A stretch of 64,000 nt of DNA from Malacoraja senta (GCA_038087875.1 CM075985.1:21018001-21082000); one strand, 5' to 3'; shown: positions 11,241 to 24,774, counted from the first letter of the stretch. Numbers and translations are program-made. Notes: a model not told the origin generated them from the letters alone.

Positions 11241-12819
11241 GGACACAACTTACTGCCAGGAATTCAGACAAACCCATCTTATGAGTGATGAGCTTTCCTC
11301 ACTTACATAGAAAATTGGATAGGCTGAAATTGTTTCCTTTGAACAGAGGTTGATAAGAAACTTAATCGAGGTGCATAAAATAACAGTTTTAAAATAATAC
11401 GTGGAAGAATTAGAGGGCAGATTAGGAATTGTTTACTCAGCTAGAGGGTGGTAGTGTTCTGGAACTTGTTGCCTTTGAAGAATGATGGAGCCAGAAACCC
11501 TCACCATAATTTAAAAATACGTGTACGTGTGCCTGAAGAATCGTGAGTTGTTGGACCACAAGTCTACTGCTGGAAACTGGGATGTGACTGCGCAGTTCTG
11601 CCTAACCTGGCACAATCACATTCAGCCAAATGATGTTGTGTGCTGTACATTTTCTATGAATGAGAATTCTCACGGGTAAAAAGTAAGTTGCAGCCCAAGA
11701 GTAATGTATTATTCCACAATAAGGCTAATAATTAAAACAAATATTTGGATGGGAATAGCCAAACTACAACTTTAGTGATTTTTGATTAAATTGTACTCAT
11801 GAACTATAGCAATTCAATGAGTCCCCTGGGCAGCTCCATTGTATTCAATCTTGTATATAATTAAGCACTAAAAGTAACTTTATTCAAAAATTACAATACA
11901 CTGTAGAAGTGCAAACAATTGCCTAATTTTTCTTCTCTACCGTGTAGGTTACATGCCACATTTTAATCGTCTTATTGCTTTGAGCAACATATAATGTTAA
12001 CAAAAACACTTGCACACCTGTACTTAGTGGTCAGGATGTGCTTCCAGGAATAACACTAAAAGGTGTCATTATTCGTTTACAGACGAGTACCTGACAGCAG
12101 TGATGGACTGTTGCCATCCTGGATGCTGCACACTATCAGGCACAGAGCCTAGACGGAATCTCTGCTCTCTCTGCTGTTGTGTTGGGAAGCTGTTTGCTGG
12201 GAATCTGGTCAGGAAACAACAATAAGTTACCTGCAATTATGAGGGCTGTTGTGGGGTGGGGTGGGTTGGGGTGTGGTCACATTCAATGTTCAGATACGAT
12301 ACTCAGAGCTGCGTCCAAGATAGCACAGAGTGTGCAGACTACTATTAGGTTCTGGAAGCACCTGGGCATGTGATCTCTCTCATTACCTGCTGTTAGATGT
12401 GATGGAAACAGCTGTGTCCACACTCCATCATTGGCTGCCCTGCACTTCAAAGCCCAGAGATTTCACCTCATGAGATGGTAACCTCAGTGGTGGACTTTGG
12501 GATTGTGCAGCCAAACAAAATAGGGGTGTGCAGCAGCTGTCAACACATCCAATAAGTGATGAGAGGATTTATGATCCAGCCAGTCACCAGTAATAACCCA
12601 CACTCACTGCGTCACCAGTTAGATTGCAGCGCCTAGCCCTACATCTCAACCTGCATAGCCACTCCACTTCCCCTGCCTCACTCCCAGCATAGAAAATTCA
12701 ATGCAGTGAGACTACCAGAAGGCAAGGATATGCATCATGTACCTGGACAGCAATATGTAGCAACGTGAAGGACAGGAATTCACAATTGGTTCTGGGCTAG
12801 ATGACTTAAAATAACTGAC

Positions 12820-13142
12820 AATATGCTTCGACAGGGTAAACAGTCAGAACTTGTTTCCTTCAAGGTGGAAATGTCAAAGACTGGAGGCCATAGCTCTTGG
12901 GTGAAAATGACAACGTTTAAAGAGATGTGCGGGTGCCTGGAATGCACTGCCATGGGTGGTGGTGGAGGCAGATATGGTAGTGGTGTTTAAGAGGCTTTTA
13001 GATCGGCATATGGATATGCGGCGAATGGAGGGATATGGATCATGAGCAGGAAGATGAGATTAGTTTATTCTGGCATCATGATCGGCACAGGCATCGTGGG
13101 CCGAAGGGCCTGTTCCATGCTGTACTTTTCTATGTTCTATGT
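12820..13142 (+). mobile_element. CR1 3'-end fragment
   Basis: gggccgaagggcctgtt...ttttctatgttctatgt tail, preceded by a WNALP-like remnant. Confidence 0.75.
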
Positions 13143-14328
13143 ATCTGGAGAATCACCAGCACGACCACACTACGTGTGCCATACGAATAATAAAATGGGA
13201 TATGTGTCATTCAAACATAGCCCGTCTCTGACGCCACAGTGAACTATATTAAGAGTAATGTTGAGATACTCAGAACACAATCCAATGTTGTTCTCTCCCA
13301 TTAAAAAGCACAAGCTTAAAGTAACAAGAGTGACCTCTAGAGGAAGTCCAGCTGTCAGTGCTGCACCATTAATATAAAGCAAATCAAAACTATAGAACTG
13401 CATTAAACAGAATATCTTTAGTTATTTAATTATCTGATATTCTGAAGTTTTAAGGTCATAATATGAAATGAAATATTCTGGTTTTAAGGTCACAACATGA
13501 AATAAAACTGTTTACATAAATATGTTCTACAATCCATATAAAATAGCTAAAACCAGAGAGCATAATTTGATTTGATATTGATCCTGATTTATTTTGGTAA
13601 ATCTTCAATTAAGATTGATATAAACAAGGAGCAAAGGGAATAAACGTGAAAATACAAGCTTGCTTTTGAAATGCTCAGATGGAAAGCATTTTTTTTAAAC
13701 CATCTAAAAAGAGCAAAGCAGTCCAATTCGGGCAAGCAATCTTTAACTGCAGTTACCTTTCAAGGTTACTAAAAACATGGTCAATGTTTCTTTTAACATG
13801 GCACACTAATGGCAATTTTAAGTTGCACTTTCATGGAGTGCAAGGATATACCACAGAAACTGGGTGAAAATTTTCATATTCAAGAGTGTTATGCACAGCG
13901 GTATTTCTATTTTTTTCCAGATGTATATATTCAATCCACATATTTTTGTTATTTACTATTATGATTAGTTTTGTGACATTTTTAAAATAAAAATAGTACT
14001 TCATGACTTAATGACTACAAAATTCATAAAATATTTGTTTTAGAAATGTTTCAGCTTTAGAAAAGAGTTTAAAAACATTCGATTGTTCTGGGAAAACAAG
14101 TCTAAATTGCTGCTTCAGCTTTTATCTAATTTCTGCAAAGGAAAATAGTTAGCAAATAATTTGTTTTAAAGTCAACCACTTAAGGGGATATAAGTGAGCA
14201 GTCCTTTATAACCCACTGTGCACTATAATCTTGAAAATTTAAGAACTTGCTGCTGCTGACAGTCATGGGAAGTGCATTTCCAAATACTCTGCATCGCAAG
14301 TGCAGCCAGACAAGAAAAGATAAAATGT

Positions 14329-15070
14329 AATACAAGATACAAGATACATTTATTTGTCACATGTACCAATTGGTACAGTGAAATGTGTGGTCGCCATACA
14401 GCGATACGAATAATAAAGAGCACAGAACACGATAGTTTTTAACACAGACATCCCCACACAGCGGGATCCAAAATTCAGTCATCCTCCTCTGTTGTCCTCC
14501 CGTGGTCGGGGGGCTCCCGAGCCCCCGCTGTCGCCACTACGGGCGGCCCGATGTTCAAGCCCGCTCGCCGGGGTGATGGAAGCCCGATGTCGGGACTGGA
14601 GGACATCCTCCGCAGCTTGGACATCCGAAACGGCCACCTCCTACCAGAGTCCACGGCTCCCGAAGTCCACAGGCCGCGCCGGGTGGAGATTCAACGCTGG
14701 CGGCCCTCGGCAAATGGCCCCAGGTCTCCGCAATGTTGAAGACAGCGCCGGCCGCGCTGGAAGCTCTGCATCTTCGATGTAGATGCAGCAGGCCCAACAC
14801 TCCGGAGCCTCCACGGCGATCCCAGGTAAGGCATCGCCCGCTCCGCTGTGAATCCAGCATTGCGCCGCCACTGCTGGAGCTCTGGTCCGGTCCCCGGCAG
14901 GAAAGGCTGCTCCAATTCAGGTGGTAGGCCGCGAGGAGGGGGGCGAGGACGCGAATCGGAGAGTAGTCGCGTCCTCGCCAGGAAGTGACTGGGAAACGGT
15001 TTCCCCCTTACCCTACCCCCCTCCCCCACATAGAAAAGTTAGAGAAACTAAAGACACATACTTTAAAACT
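14329..15070 (-). mobile_element. GC/CpG-rich non-coding retroposon with a Rex-type LINE 3' tail
   Basis: Minus strand ends ...TTTCACTGTACCAATTGGTACATGTGACAAATAAA(TGTATCT)n, the same terminal motif as the Rex-like LINE ends at ~33140, ~43480 and ~59935. The body is GC-rich with no recognisable RT. Confidence 0.6.
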
Positions 15071-15289
15071 TCCTTGCTTCCTGTTTGCAACTTGTGGAAA
15101 GTTTGAGACAAGATACCAAGGTTAATCAGTGAGTTTATAGGCGATATGTTTGCATATTATGAGCATGATAACATCCAACATTAACAACTCCCATGTTCCA
15201 AAAATAATCATGCTGTTGTGTTAACAATTATCCGTCAGCAAATTTCAGATTACAGCATGAAAAAGGACATTGTGCATACATCGGCCCGA

Positions 15290-16260
15290 GGTAAAGGAAA
15301 TCTACCAAGACCCACTTATTCTCTCCACATGTACTCCATGTGCTCTCCACATTATCCACATATTTTGTTTTCACTTATAAATCTCTCTTCAAATGCTAAA
15401 TATTTAATCTGCCTCCAAGCCAAGGCCAGATGATAGTCCTAAATCCTAACAACTCCTTGATTAAAAATGTATTTCCTCATATTAGCTTTTGTTCTTTTGC
15501 CACTTTCATTTTGTGTTCCTTGCTATGTGGTCCATTCACAAATACTTGTTTCTAGCTACTTAGATGATACTGCTGATCATTTAAAAAACTATCAGATATT
15601 TCACAATATTCTCTATTGCAAAGATAACAACCAAGGTTTCTCCACGTTATCTATATACCCAATTATCTGAAATCAACTTCCTCTCTAAACTCCTCAGGTC
15701 TTTACAAAAATGTGGAAGCCAAAACTTTGTAAAGACCTGAGGAGTTTAGAGAGGAAGTTGATTTCATGATATTCCATTTGTAACTAACCCAGTATTTCAT
15801 AAATTTTTTATCACGTTTTTTGCTCCTGTACTCTGATTCTATTTATAAAAATCAAGATTCTATATGTTCTTTTAACGACTTCCACAAAACTGCCTTATTC
15901 AATGCATTCTGTACCTATACCTGCAAACCTGCTCTTGCACCCCTTTCAGAATTGGGCCTTCTGGATGATATTACCTCTTTTCAATCTCCCTACCAAACAA
16001 TAATGCATTATTCTGCCACCCATTTACCCACTCCATTATCCTGTTGCTACCTCTTTGAAATCGATTACTATCCTCCTCACATTCACTAAGCTTCCTTGAT
16101 TGGTGTCATCTGCAAAATTAGCAACAGTGGCCAATACACCCGAGTCATCATTATATATTTTAAACAGAAACAATAGTCCTGGAACTAATTACTGGGGACT
16201 CAACCATACATTTGACTTCCATTGGGGAAAAAAAACTTTCAAGACCAGCGTTTCCTAACC
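15290..16260 (-). mobile_element. Old, heavily decayed CR1 LINE
   Basis: Residual motifs such as ggtgtcatctgcaaa (FADDT on the minus strand) and CR1-like order of motifs. Boundaries approximate. Confidence 0.55.
15668..15766. repeat. Perfect 41-bp inverted repeat with a 17-bp spacer
   Basis: 15668-15708 TGAAATCAACTTCCTCTCTAAACTCCTCAGGTCTTTACAAA is the exact reverse complement of 15726-15766. Confidence 0.97.
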
Positions 16261-19200
16261 ATTTTTTTATTTTAAGAATGTACTTAACCTATATTTTTGT
16301 TTACTACTGCATTTTCCTTTGATATGTTGCAATACTATTCACAATTGTAAATAATGACATTCCCAACAATAGCCATGCCATCAATGGTCTAAAAACATTA
16401 TGGCTTTCTACCAGGCTGCATTTTCTTCTGGCCAAGGCGGCTTGACAAGAAGTACTAAGCACAGTGTAATGTTGTTACCATATGCCATGCTTCTGAAGTT
16501 AGTGAGACTCAAAAATGATACATTACATGTTCAATTTTGGTACCAATTATCTGGTGAAAAAATACCATGCACCTTTTTCAGGAGACCTCATTCTTTCACC
16601 TCCCAGCTGCAATTTTGTAGTAATGAAACACAACACAGCACAAGGAAAATCATGTATCTGGAACAAATTACTTAATCTTATCCAAGAAAAATATCAACTT
16701 CGAAAATGTAACAAAATACTAAATACTTGGGAACTTGCAAACACACTTTCTTTTCAAAACGGGTCATTATTAAAATTCTCAGCTGTTTTTCTTAATTGCA
16801 CACATTTATTTGCACTCATCAATAATAGAAATCTGAAATATCCAATATTCTTAAATAACCTGAATCAGACCAGAGTAATAGGTGGTTCATCACAAGGATA
16901 TGGAAAATGTGGAGTCAACAATGCAAGAACCAATGGGAGTACTTGCCCACTAATATAGCCTTACTCAAGTAGAATGTTTAATATATTTAGGAATGAACAG
17001 GCACGTTCACAAACGGGTCTTGATACAATTTCAAAATTTGCAATCAATGAAATAGTGTTTAACATTCAGCATGGTTACTGCTGATCATAACAGCACAAAG
17101 GCATAAACATCTGAGACTTATGAAAAAGGATATGCATGATTCTGTTAAATCATGTACAGAAAATAACCAAAACTGGGATTGAGAGATACGCCAACAATTA
17201 TTATATTTTTTCAAAATAAATCTTCACTATTTAAAATTTGAGAGTGTTAAATTCCAAAGCTATACAGGTAGTTTTGAAAGGCAGAAAGGTGGTTTCAAAC
17301 CATTCAAATTTAAAACAAAATTAAAAATTCACATTGTCAAAACGTTAGGCTCCAATGTTTTCTGGCAAATTTCATGGGCAACATATGGGCAAGCCCCCTG
17401 GCTTAATGTCCTCAGATTTGAAATGCCCAATCTGAGAAAGTTAGAAATGCAGTGAAACCCGTGAAGGAACGACTAATTGCAGTAGCTTTCAGGTGTCTGC
17501 ATTGATCCAAACATGTATAGCACCCATTCCTTCTCTCCAGAGATGCTGCTTGTCCTGCTGAGTTACTCCAGCATTTTGTGTCTACCTATAGATTCCAGAA
17601 CCTAAACATCCACAACTGACTCAAAATAACCAAGTTAGTTATGTTATTGGCTTGTTTTACTTTTGTGTTTATCAAGTTTAACTACATGTCAACCAGTAAC
17701 AGATTTGTGTTAAAATCATACTCTTAAGGTAATAATGAACAGTATGAAATACATCTTAAAATTCTTTCTATCTTGTCGTTCAATCCTACAATCTAAATAG
17801 CATCCCCGATTCCAAATGTTGGCTCTTTTTCTTACCACTGAATATGATACTGTGCCTTTACTAGGGGATATTACCATCTTAATTTCCCCCCACTCTCCCC
17901 ACTCACAAATCTACCCCCCTTAAACTTATGGAACTCCATTCCACCAATATTGATAAATAAGCTGATGAGGACCATTATTGTTGCATAAACTAACCAAAGT
18001 ACTCTAAAACATTGTCAGAATTCCTTTTGAACTGCAACACCTGATCCTAATTTTATCAATCACTGATCTCATCTCCTATGGAGATCATCCTTCCATAGCC
18101 TCCAAACTGGGTCACCAATCAGATACACAGCCACTTCTCTTTTCCCCAAGAAACACAAAAAGTAATGACCAAATAACTCGTTCCTGACAATGGATATATT
18201 TATTTTCATTTTTTCCTCCTTTTTTTATCTTTCCATCGACAGCTGAAACTTGGCCAATGACACCATTTCCAGCTTTCAGGCACCAACTGGTATATATCCA
18301 ATTCTTCTGCACCACTACCCCAACTTGGATGCTCCAAAGGCCCTTCACATTACTCTTGAAATTTCCTTTCAATAGTCCTCAGGTTGTAAAATGTTGCCTT
18401 CAGTCATTTTCCTCAAATAAATGTTTCTATGGGAATCTGTGCTAGCCCATCGAATGTCCAATCCTTATGGAAAATCCTACTCAGGCCTCAGAACTAAAAT
18501 TATGACTCCTACTCTCACTAACTCAGAAACTTTTTGACCTTGCTGCCAATTGACATATTTCTGAAGTCTTTGACCTCACCTTTTGCCACATCTAGCTGCT
18601 AAATGGTTTTCAACCCATTTCCACACTCACAATGCAGTTCCATCCGGGTCTGGGTCCATGCAGTTACAGCACCAAAACAGCATTATATACTTCTCTCATC
18701 ATTTGCATTTCAAGAAATCAAACTAGCAAGATTTCACAGTATACCTTTGCAAAACAATGGTAGATATTAAACTTCACCCAGAAAACCATGTATAATTCCT
18801 AAGCATGATGAAGCACGAAAACGCATTCCAATCAGCTGCCAAACAAACCACACACCAGCAAACATGCCATTCTTAGCCACCATGCGCATCAACATTTTTT
18901 GAAAGCATGAAAATGATCCTTCTGCAGAAGGCACCATAGCAAAGAGAGAAGAGCTTTCTGTTCCTCTGGTAGCGAAACACTGCACACCATGGTAAAAATT
19001 AATAGGAAACACAGATGTATGACATAATCTCGGTTGACATAATAGCTTGGTTGACATCAAAGAAACTGAATAATGATCCATTGAAGCAGAGGAACACAAC
19101 AATGTTAACGATGACTAGCTGGCATATCGACAACTTAAAAATGGCAAATTCCAAAACACACATTAATAAATGGAAACAAACAAGGACGCAAAGAGATTAA

Positions 19201-21169
19201 CTTTAATTACCTCTTCACAGCAGGTGAAATGGGAAAAAAAGTCAATGATACGAAGAGCCTTGATGTCAAATGCACTGAACAGATACAAATGTTTTGGGTC
19301 AATAATGAGGTAGTGCCTGCTGAGACTTGTCGGATCTCCGATTATGCACCTAAAGTTTTGAGAAAACTGTATATTGCTGCACTTTTTACGCTGTAGAAAG
19401 ACCCATTGTACAACCCATTTGAGGATACCAAAGATATCCTCAATTTTCCACCACACACATTATAAGCTCATCACCTTGAGTTACTGGTCCAGGAAAATAA
19501 CATAATCAAACACATTGGATTCAAGCCCAGATAGTCATGCACAAGTTGCTGAATCTTATGCAAGGCACTGAAAATGGTTTTGAGTATATAAAAACAGAAA
19601 ATGTTGGAAGGATAACCCAAATAGCTTGACTATTCCTACACCTTTAACATTCCTTTGTTTTTACCCTCTAACTGGCCTCATCTCTCAACTTTAATGTATC
19701 TTTGTTCTTGTCCTTCGTCTTTCTCCTCCACCCTCAGTAATCGATCAACCTGATGACTTCATCAAGAGCTACCCATTAGACCCTACTTCACTCTGGACTA
19801 TAAAACCCAGTTCTGATCAACAAGTATAGATATGAAATATCAATTATGTTCCCCTTTCCACAGGTCCTGGCTGACCTGCTTCGTGCTTTCAGCATTTTTT
19901 GTTTTTATTTGAGAAATCCAACATCTGGGGGTTTTCGATGTAATAGTTTCAAACAAGTTTTTGGCAAAGATGTCCTCTGGATTTGTATTTAAAAAAGTGA
20001 GCTACTTTAACTTTAAGCAAATTGGATGTTAATGTCTCATGAAATACTAAATTCACGATAAAAATTTAGAAACTCTGGCAAAGAATGAACCCTGCCTCTA
20101 GGTCTCTTAAAACACACATACATTTGTTATGTCCATGCATGCAACCAGGAATCAGAACGATATGTTACACAAATGTTTAAATTTTGAAAATAAACTATAC
20201 CACTTTAATAACTATTTATTAGAAATGTTTTGCAGACCTGGGAAGGTTTTTATTATTGGCAAACCTTTTGAACCACACTTTCCAGAAACGGCATGATATA
20301 CAGTCATGAACAATTTAGTTACATTGCAATATTAGCATGTTATTGTAGTATTGAAAAGATAAGGCATGTAACCTCAGCAAAGGATGAAAATTAGAAACTA
20401 GTATTTTATCTTTAATGAAATAGGTCTCAGTTCTCTTTTATGCATAATACCTAATGGAAGCGTTATTAAAAGATGATTATATTAAAGAAGATTTTTTTAT
20501 TTAATTGCTCTCAGAGCATTCTAAAAGCTGGTCCTGCTGGAGTTGTAATAATGACCACACAAAGTGGTTAGCTATTACTTTCTAATCTATTGGTTATTTA
20601 TATGAAAAAAAGTTGAAAGAGGAAGTTAATTTGCAATTACTTTAGGTTTTGCTAAGCTCCGTGGCAATGCAATTGAGATTGTCAAGTTCGGGAAGTAATC
20701 TCAAAACTTGGACTCCTCTATCTGTTCACTGTAACAGGAACATTTTTTTAAAATTAACCCAAATTGAAAGGGAAATTCAGACTATTGATATTTAAATGCA
20801 TGAATTAAATTCATGCCACTGAATAAAATCTGGAAATAGGAAGCACTCTCGGTAAATTGTGCTTTAATTGGATTGGCAGTGGAAGAACACGAACACATCA
20901 ATCCCAATACCACTGATCTACTTAACAAATCCTCCCAGTCAGCCGTAAGGACAGTGTCAGAACCATTGGCCTCATGATTACACCTGACACTTCACTGACC
21001 CGATGGTAAATGGGATGAGAAATGCAAGGTTTGTGCAGTAAATGCTATGGTAATAAATAAAACTAGCTTGATGAAGAAGAAAAAGGTAAATAAACTAGAG
21101 AATGTAAGATATAAAAAAGTGAATTTACAGGTTAGCTAAGAAAAATGAAGCCTATAGTAAAGGTAAATT

Positions 21170-22390
21170 AGACCATATGTCCATAATAAATTGGAACAGG
21201 AGCATGTCATTCTGCTCTTTAAGCCTCCTTCACCATGCAATAAGATCACACCTGATTTGACATTCCTCAAACCCACTTTCCTACCTTTTCCCCTTAATCT
21301 ACATTTCCCCTGAATAGAAACTAACAATTTCAGCCTTGTATATACATCAGGTTCATGCCTCCAGAGTTGTCTTTGGCAGGGCGTTCTGAAGAGATTCTAC
21401 CTCAAGAATGTTTATCTCGTCTAAATGGATCTTCCTTATTTTTATACGGTTCTGGTTCTGGATTCCGACCTGAGAGGAAATACCCTCTCAGCATTTATCC
21501 TGTTCAGCCTTAAGAAATTTAAGTGCTTCAATGAGATCATTCTTCTCAACTGCAGATTAAAATCTCACCTTTCTTCATAGAGAAATCTTTCTATACCTGG
21601 TATCACCTAATGAAATAACATTATTCCTTGAATATGGAGGCCAAAATGCTCTGGATGTGGTCTCGCCATTACCTTGTACAGTTGAAGTAAGATGTCTTAA
21701 CCTTATATATTTTATATTGAAATAAGGGCTAATATCCTATTCGATTTCATGACTACTTACTCAACTTGTGTTTCTTGCTCAGAGTGCTAAACTCTTGTGC
21801 TGCGGCTTTTTCAAGCTTTTCTCCATTTACATATTGCTGTTCTTTGAACAATTAGCTAATTATTTGACGACTGTAGATTTGCTTATTTTAACCAATTCAC
21901 TCGTTCATACTGGTGGTCCCAGCACTAATTTCTATGGCACTTCATTGATTAAAAGTTGCCAATCTGAAAATGTCTTGTCCTTAGAACATCAGAACAGTAT
22001 AGCAGGGGAACAGGCACTTCAGCCTACAATGTCTGTGCCGAACATGGCGCCAAGATAAACTAATCCGCCTGCTCGCGATCCATATCCCTCCATTCCTTGC
22101 GCCAATCTAAAAACCTCAAATGCCACTATCGCATCTGTCTCCACCACCATCACCCTGGCAGCATGTTCCAGGCGCCCACCATCCTCTATGCAAAAAGCAT
22201 GTCCTGCACCTTGACTTTAAACTTTGCACCTTTCAGTTAAATCCATGTCTTCTTGTCATTGGCATTTCCACCCAGGGAAAAAGTTTCCAATTGTGTACCC
22301 TATATATACCTCACATAATTGTACGTTGGTTTTTTTAAGGTTTCCCCTTAACTTCTAACGTTCCAAAGAAAATAATCTAAGTTTGCCATG
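21170..22390 (-). mobile_element. Decayed CR1 fragments (at least two)
   Basis: Reverse-oriented CR1 3'UTR-like starts at ~21180 and ~21980, followed by degraded ORF2 C-terminal sequence. Confidence 0.55.
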
Positions 22391-23835
22391 ACCTTGTTCA
22401 TTGTTAACTCCTCTGGCACGACTTTGTTACGTGTAACTATTTCACCAGTCTCATTCAAGCCTCATACTCTCTTCCTTATCAGATATTTAAAGAAACTCTT
22501 ACTGTCCACTTTTGTTCTAACCACAACTTGATCTTTATGTCACTATGATTTTCAAATTCTTGCCAATTCGGAGGTTGTTCTAGCATATAAATCCCATCAG
22601 GGTGCAAAGTACATCAACATATTACAGTCATTCTTAAAGGTCAAAAGCCTACCATAGTTCTTAAGTTAGTAGAAAAAGAGAATAACCCTTACAATAAGGA
22701 CTCTGGATTTGTTTCACTAAACCACAGCTATAAGTAACATTGTCCATGAAACCTGACTGCTATCATTGATGTGCTATATTTTTTTCTCTTTTAACAGATG
22801 AAATCCCTGGACAGTAGTCCAAATATAAACCTGATTTTCACTGCATTCAACACACACCCTATCAACGGCTGTCATCCTGGAAATGTCAATTTTAAAGATA
22901 TGTTGCGGAATAGATCATAATCCTGGAGCCTGATAGACAGTTTCAACTACCCGTCAACATCTTCTAAGCAAGACCACAAACTTACTTCCTTAAATTTTGT
23001 GCCACGACGAAGAGTTTATGGCAAGGCCAGATTTATTATCCAACCCAGATTATCTCAGGAGCATGTTCCAAGGTAGATTGTCGAATGAGCTTCCTAAAAT
23101 TGTAGAAAACTAAGTTTACTTTGATTCATTGCAGTATTTTGCAAAGGCAGCAGGTATATTTGTTTCTTTAATGGGATGAAAGGAGAGGGGAACAGCTTTA
23201 ACTCCATAAGTCTACACTAAAAAAAATTAATGTCATTGAATTATGTATGTAGAAGTTTGGGGAGTTATTCTGTGAAAAACACATTGTGGTCTGCTGCAGA
23301 AACAAGCAGGTCTGGGTTCTGGAATTGCCTGGGCAGATGCCATGCACCGGGAATGGTTGAGAGAAGATCAAAGACACTGGAAGGGGCTGACAGAGACCAG
23401 AAATTTGGAAGCAAGCTGGATGCAGATCTTTTTACGATCTACAAATCGCAATTTCATCAAACGTAACAAAATAGTGTTAATAGCAAACAAAGTATATTTA
23501 TTAAAATCACTGGCAGAAATTATAATTTAATTATGTCCAAAGATTAAATTATTTGTTTTTGATAATTTAGTTGCTTTCATTCTACGGATTTGAAATAAAC
23601 AAATTTCACTATCTAATTTTAAATGTTTAAATTTGACCTATTTCTTTCAAGCACTGGTTCTGGGATGATCACCCACCTCTCAATTTTCTAATTACACCAA
23701 AAGTAGATTTTTAAATGAGTTACTTTTCATCAATAAATAATCTTATTGTATATTACATCAATTCCCTTAAAGTTGTAAACTACAAGACTTTAAGATTGGA
23801 ATTGTTAAATGTGTAGAGAGAAGGCAAACTCTCAC

Positions 23836-23931
23836 CTGAAAGTCTTTCTCTTCCAATAGTTCTTTTCTCCATCGGACAAGGAAGGCAGCACAAACGTACA
23901 AGTGGAAGTGTGAGAATCCCTCTGGTTCAGA
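23836..23931 (-). CDS. TBC1D22A: Internal coding exon (96 nt, phase 0/0) of TBC1 domain family member 22A (Rab-GAP), probably the penultimate exon
   Basis: Minus strand reads tcttgtag|TCT GAA CCA ... GAC TTT CAG|gtgaga. It translates to SEPEGFSHFHLYVCAAFLVRWRKELLEEKDFQ, matching the TBC1D22 C-terminal TBC region. LVRWRK...EEKDFQ favours 22A over 22B (LIKWRK...DEEDFQ), from recall. Not present in the ORF track. Confidence 0.92.
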
Positions 23932-24625
23932 CTACAAGACAAATACATTGTTATTTCTTCCTGCTAAAATGATTTGCTTTGTCTTTTCCTCTATTTTCCT
24001 CTTCATTGTTTCCCCAACACTGATTTTAGACAAAAGGAATAAACAAATGTTTCATTATCCTCTTGAACATCCATAGTGCTTTTGTCTAGTTCATGCAGCT
24101 AATCTTAGTAAACTGAATGGCCCATTGAACAGTAATGCCTCCATGATCAACTGTGAAATAAAAAGGAACACAAGGTCCTCAAAAGAAGAACTAAGACACT
24201 CAATGCTTTTAATCTGATCAGCTACTTATTCACAACTGGACCTACAGAAAATAGTCCTGAAAGTAATTTGAATAATAAATCATAATGATACTTCAAGAGC
24301 AACACTAACAACGTCACCTGCATTTAGTACTAGCATTGGAGTCGTAAGTTTACTCAACATCACCAGGATTATTATTATGAATAAAGCAGTCAGGATCGTA
24401 AACAATTATGAGCTTTACCTAACAACTGACAAATAATGTTAAACCATCAAGTGAATGAATAGCTAAGACAAGATAGAGATCTTGATCAATTCAGTATTAC
24501 ATTTTTAAAAATGTATTTGTGAACATTTAATGATTCTACTAACTCAATGTTGTTACCTGAGAAAAATTAGGAAATAAACATAAAATTACTGAAATATGGT
24601 AAAAGCAGCATGCATTCTTAACATG

Positions 24626-24774
24626 CAACGTTTTGGGCCGAAACCCTTCTTCAGACTGAAGAAGGGTTTCAGCCCGAAACGTTGCCTATTTCCTTTGCTC
24701 CATAGATGCTGCCTGAGTTTCTCCAGCACTTTTGTCTACCTTCGATTTTCCAGCATCTGCAGTTCCTTCTTAAA
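24626..24774 (+). mobile_element. 149-bp Penelope-derived mini-element with an inverted 5' end and hammerhead-like core
   Basis: Flanked by the 17-bp direct repeat CATGCATTCTTAACATG (24609-24625, 24775-24791). 29-bp inverted repeat centred on 24655. Core CTGAAGA-AGGG..CCC-GAAAC-GTT at 24656-24683. Confidence 0.75.

Noticed and set aside
14492-15106. Cluster of ORFs on both strands; possible CpG-island promoter or host exon
   Set aside because: The GC-rich sequence lacks stops by composition and has no recognisable protein. The block ends in a retroposon tail, so it was treated as a mobile element.
16400-16958. 91-aa and 147-aa ORFs in AT-rich unique sequence
   Set aside because: No domain similarity, splice context or codon signal. 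Consistent with random intronic ORFs.
17920-19470. Possible very old L2/RTE-like LINE remnants
   Set aside because: Only faint motif echoes (e.g. AETW). Family and boundaries cannot be supported by eye.
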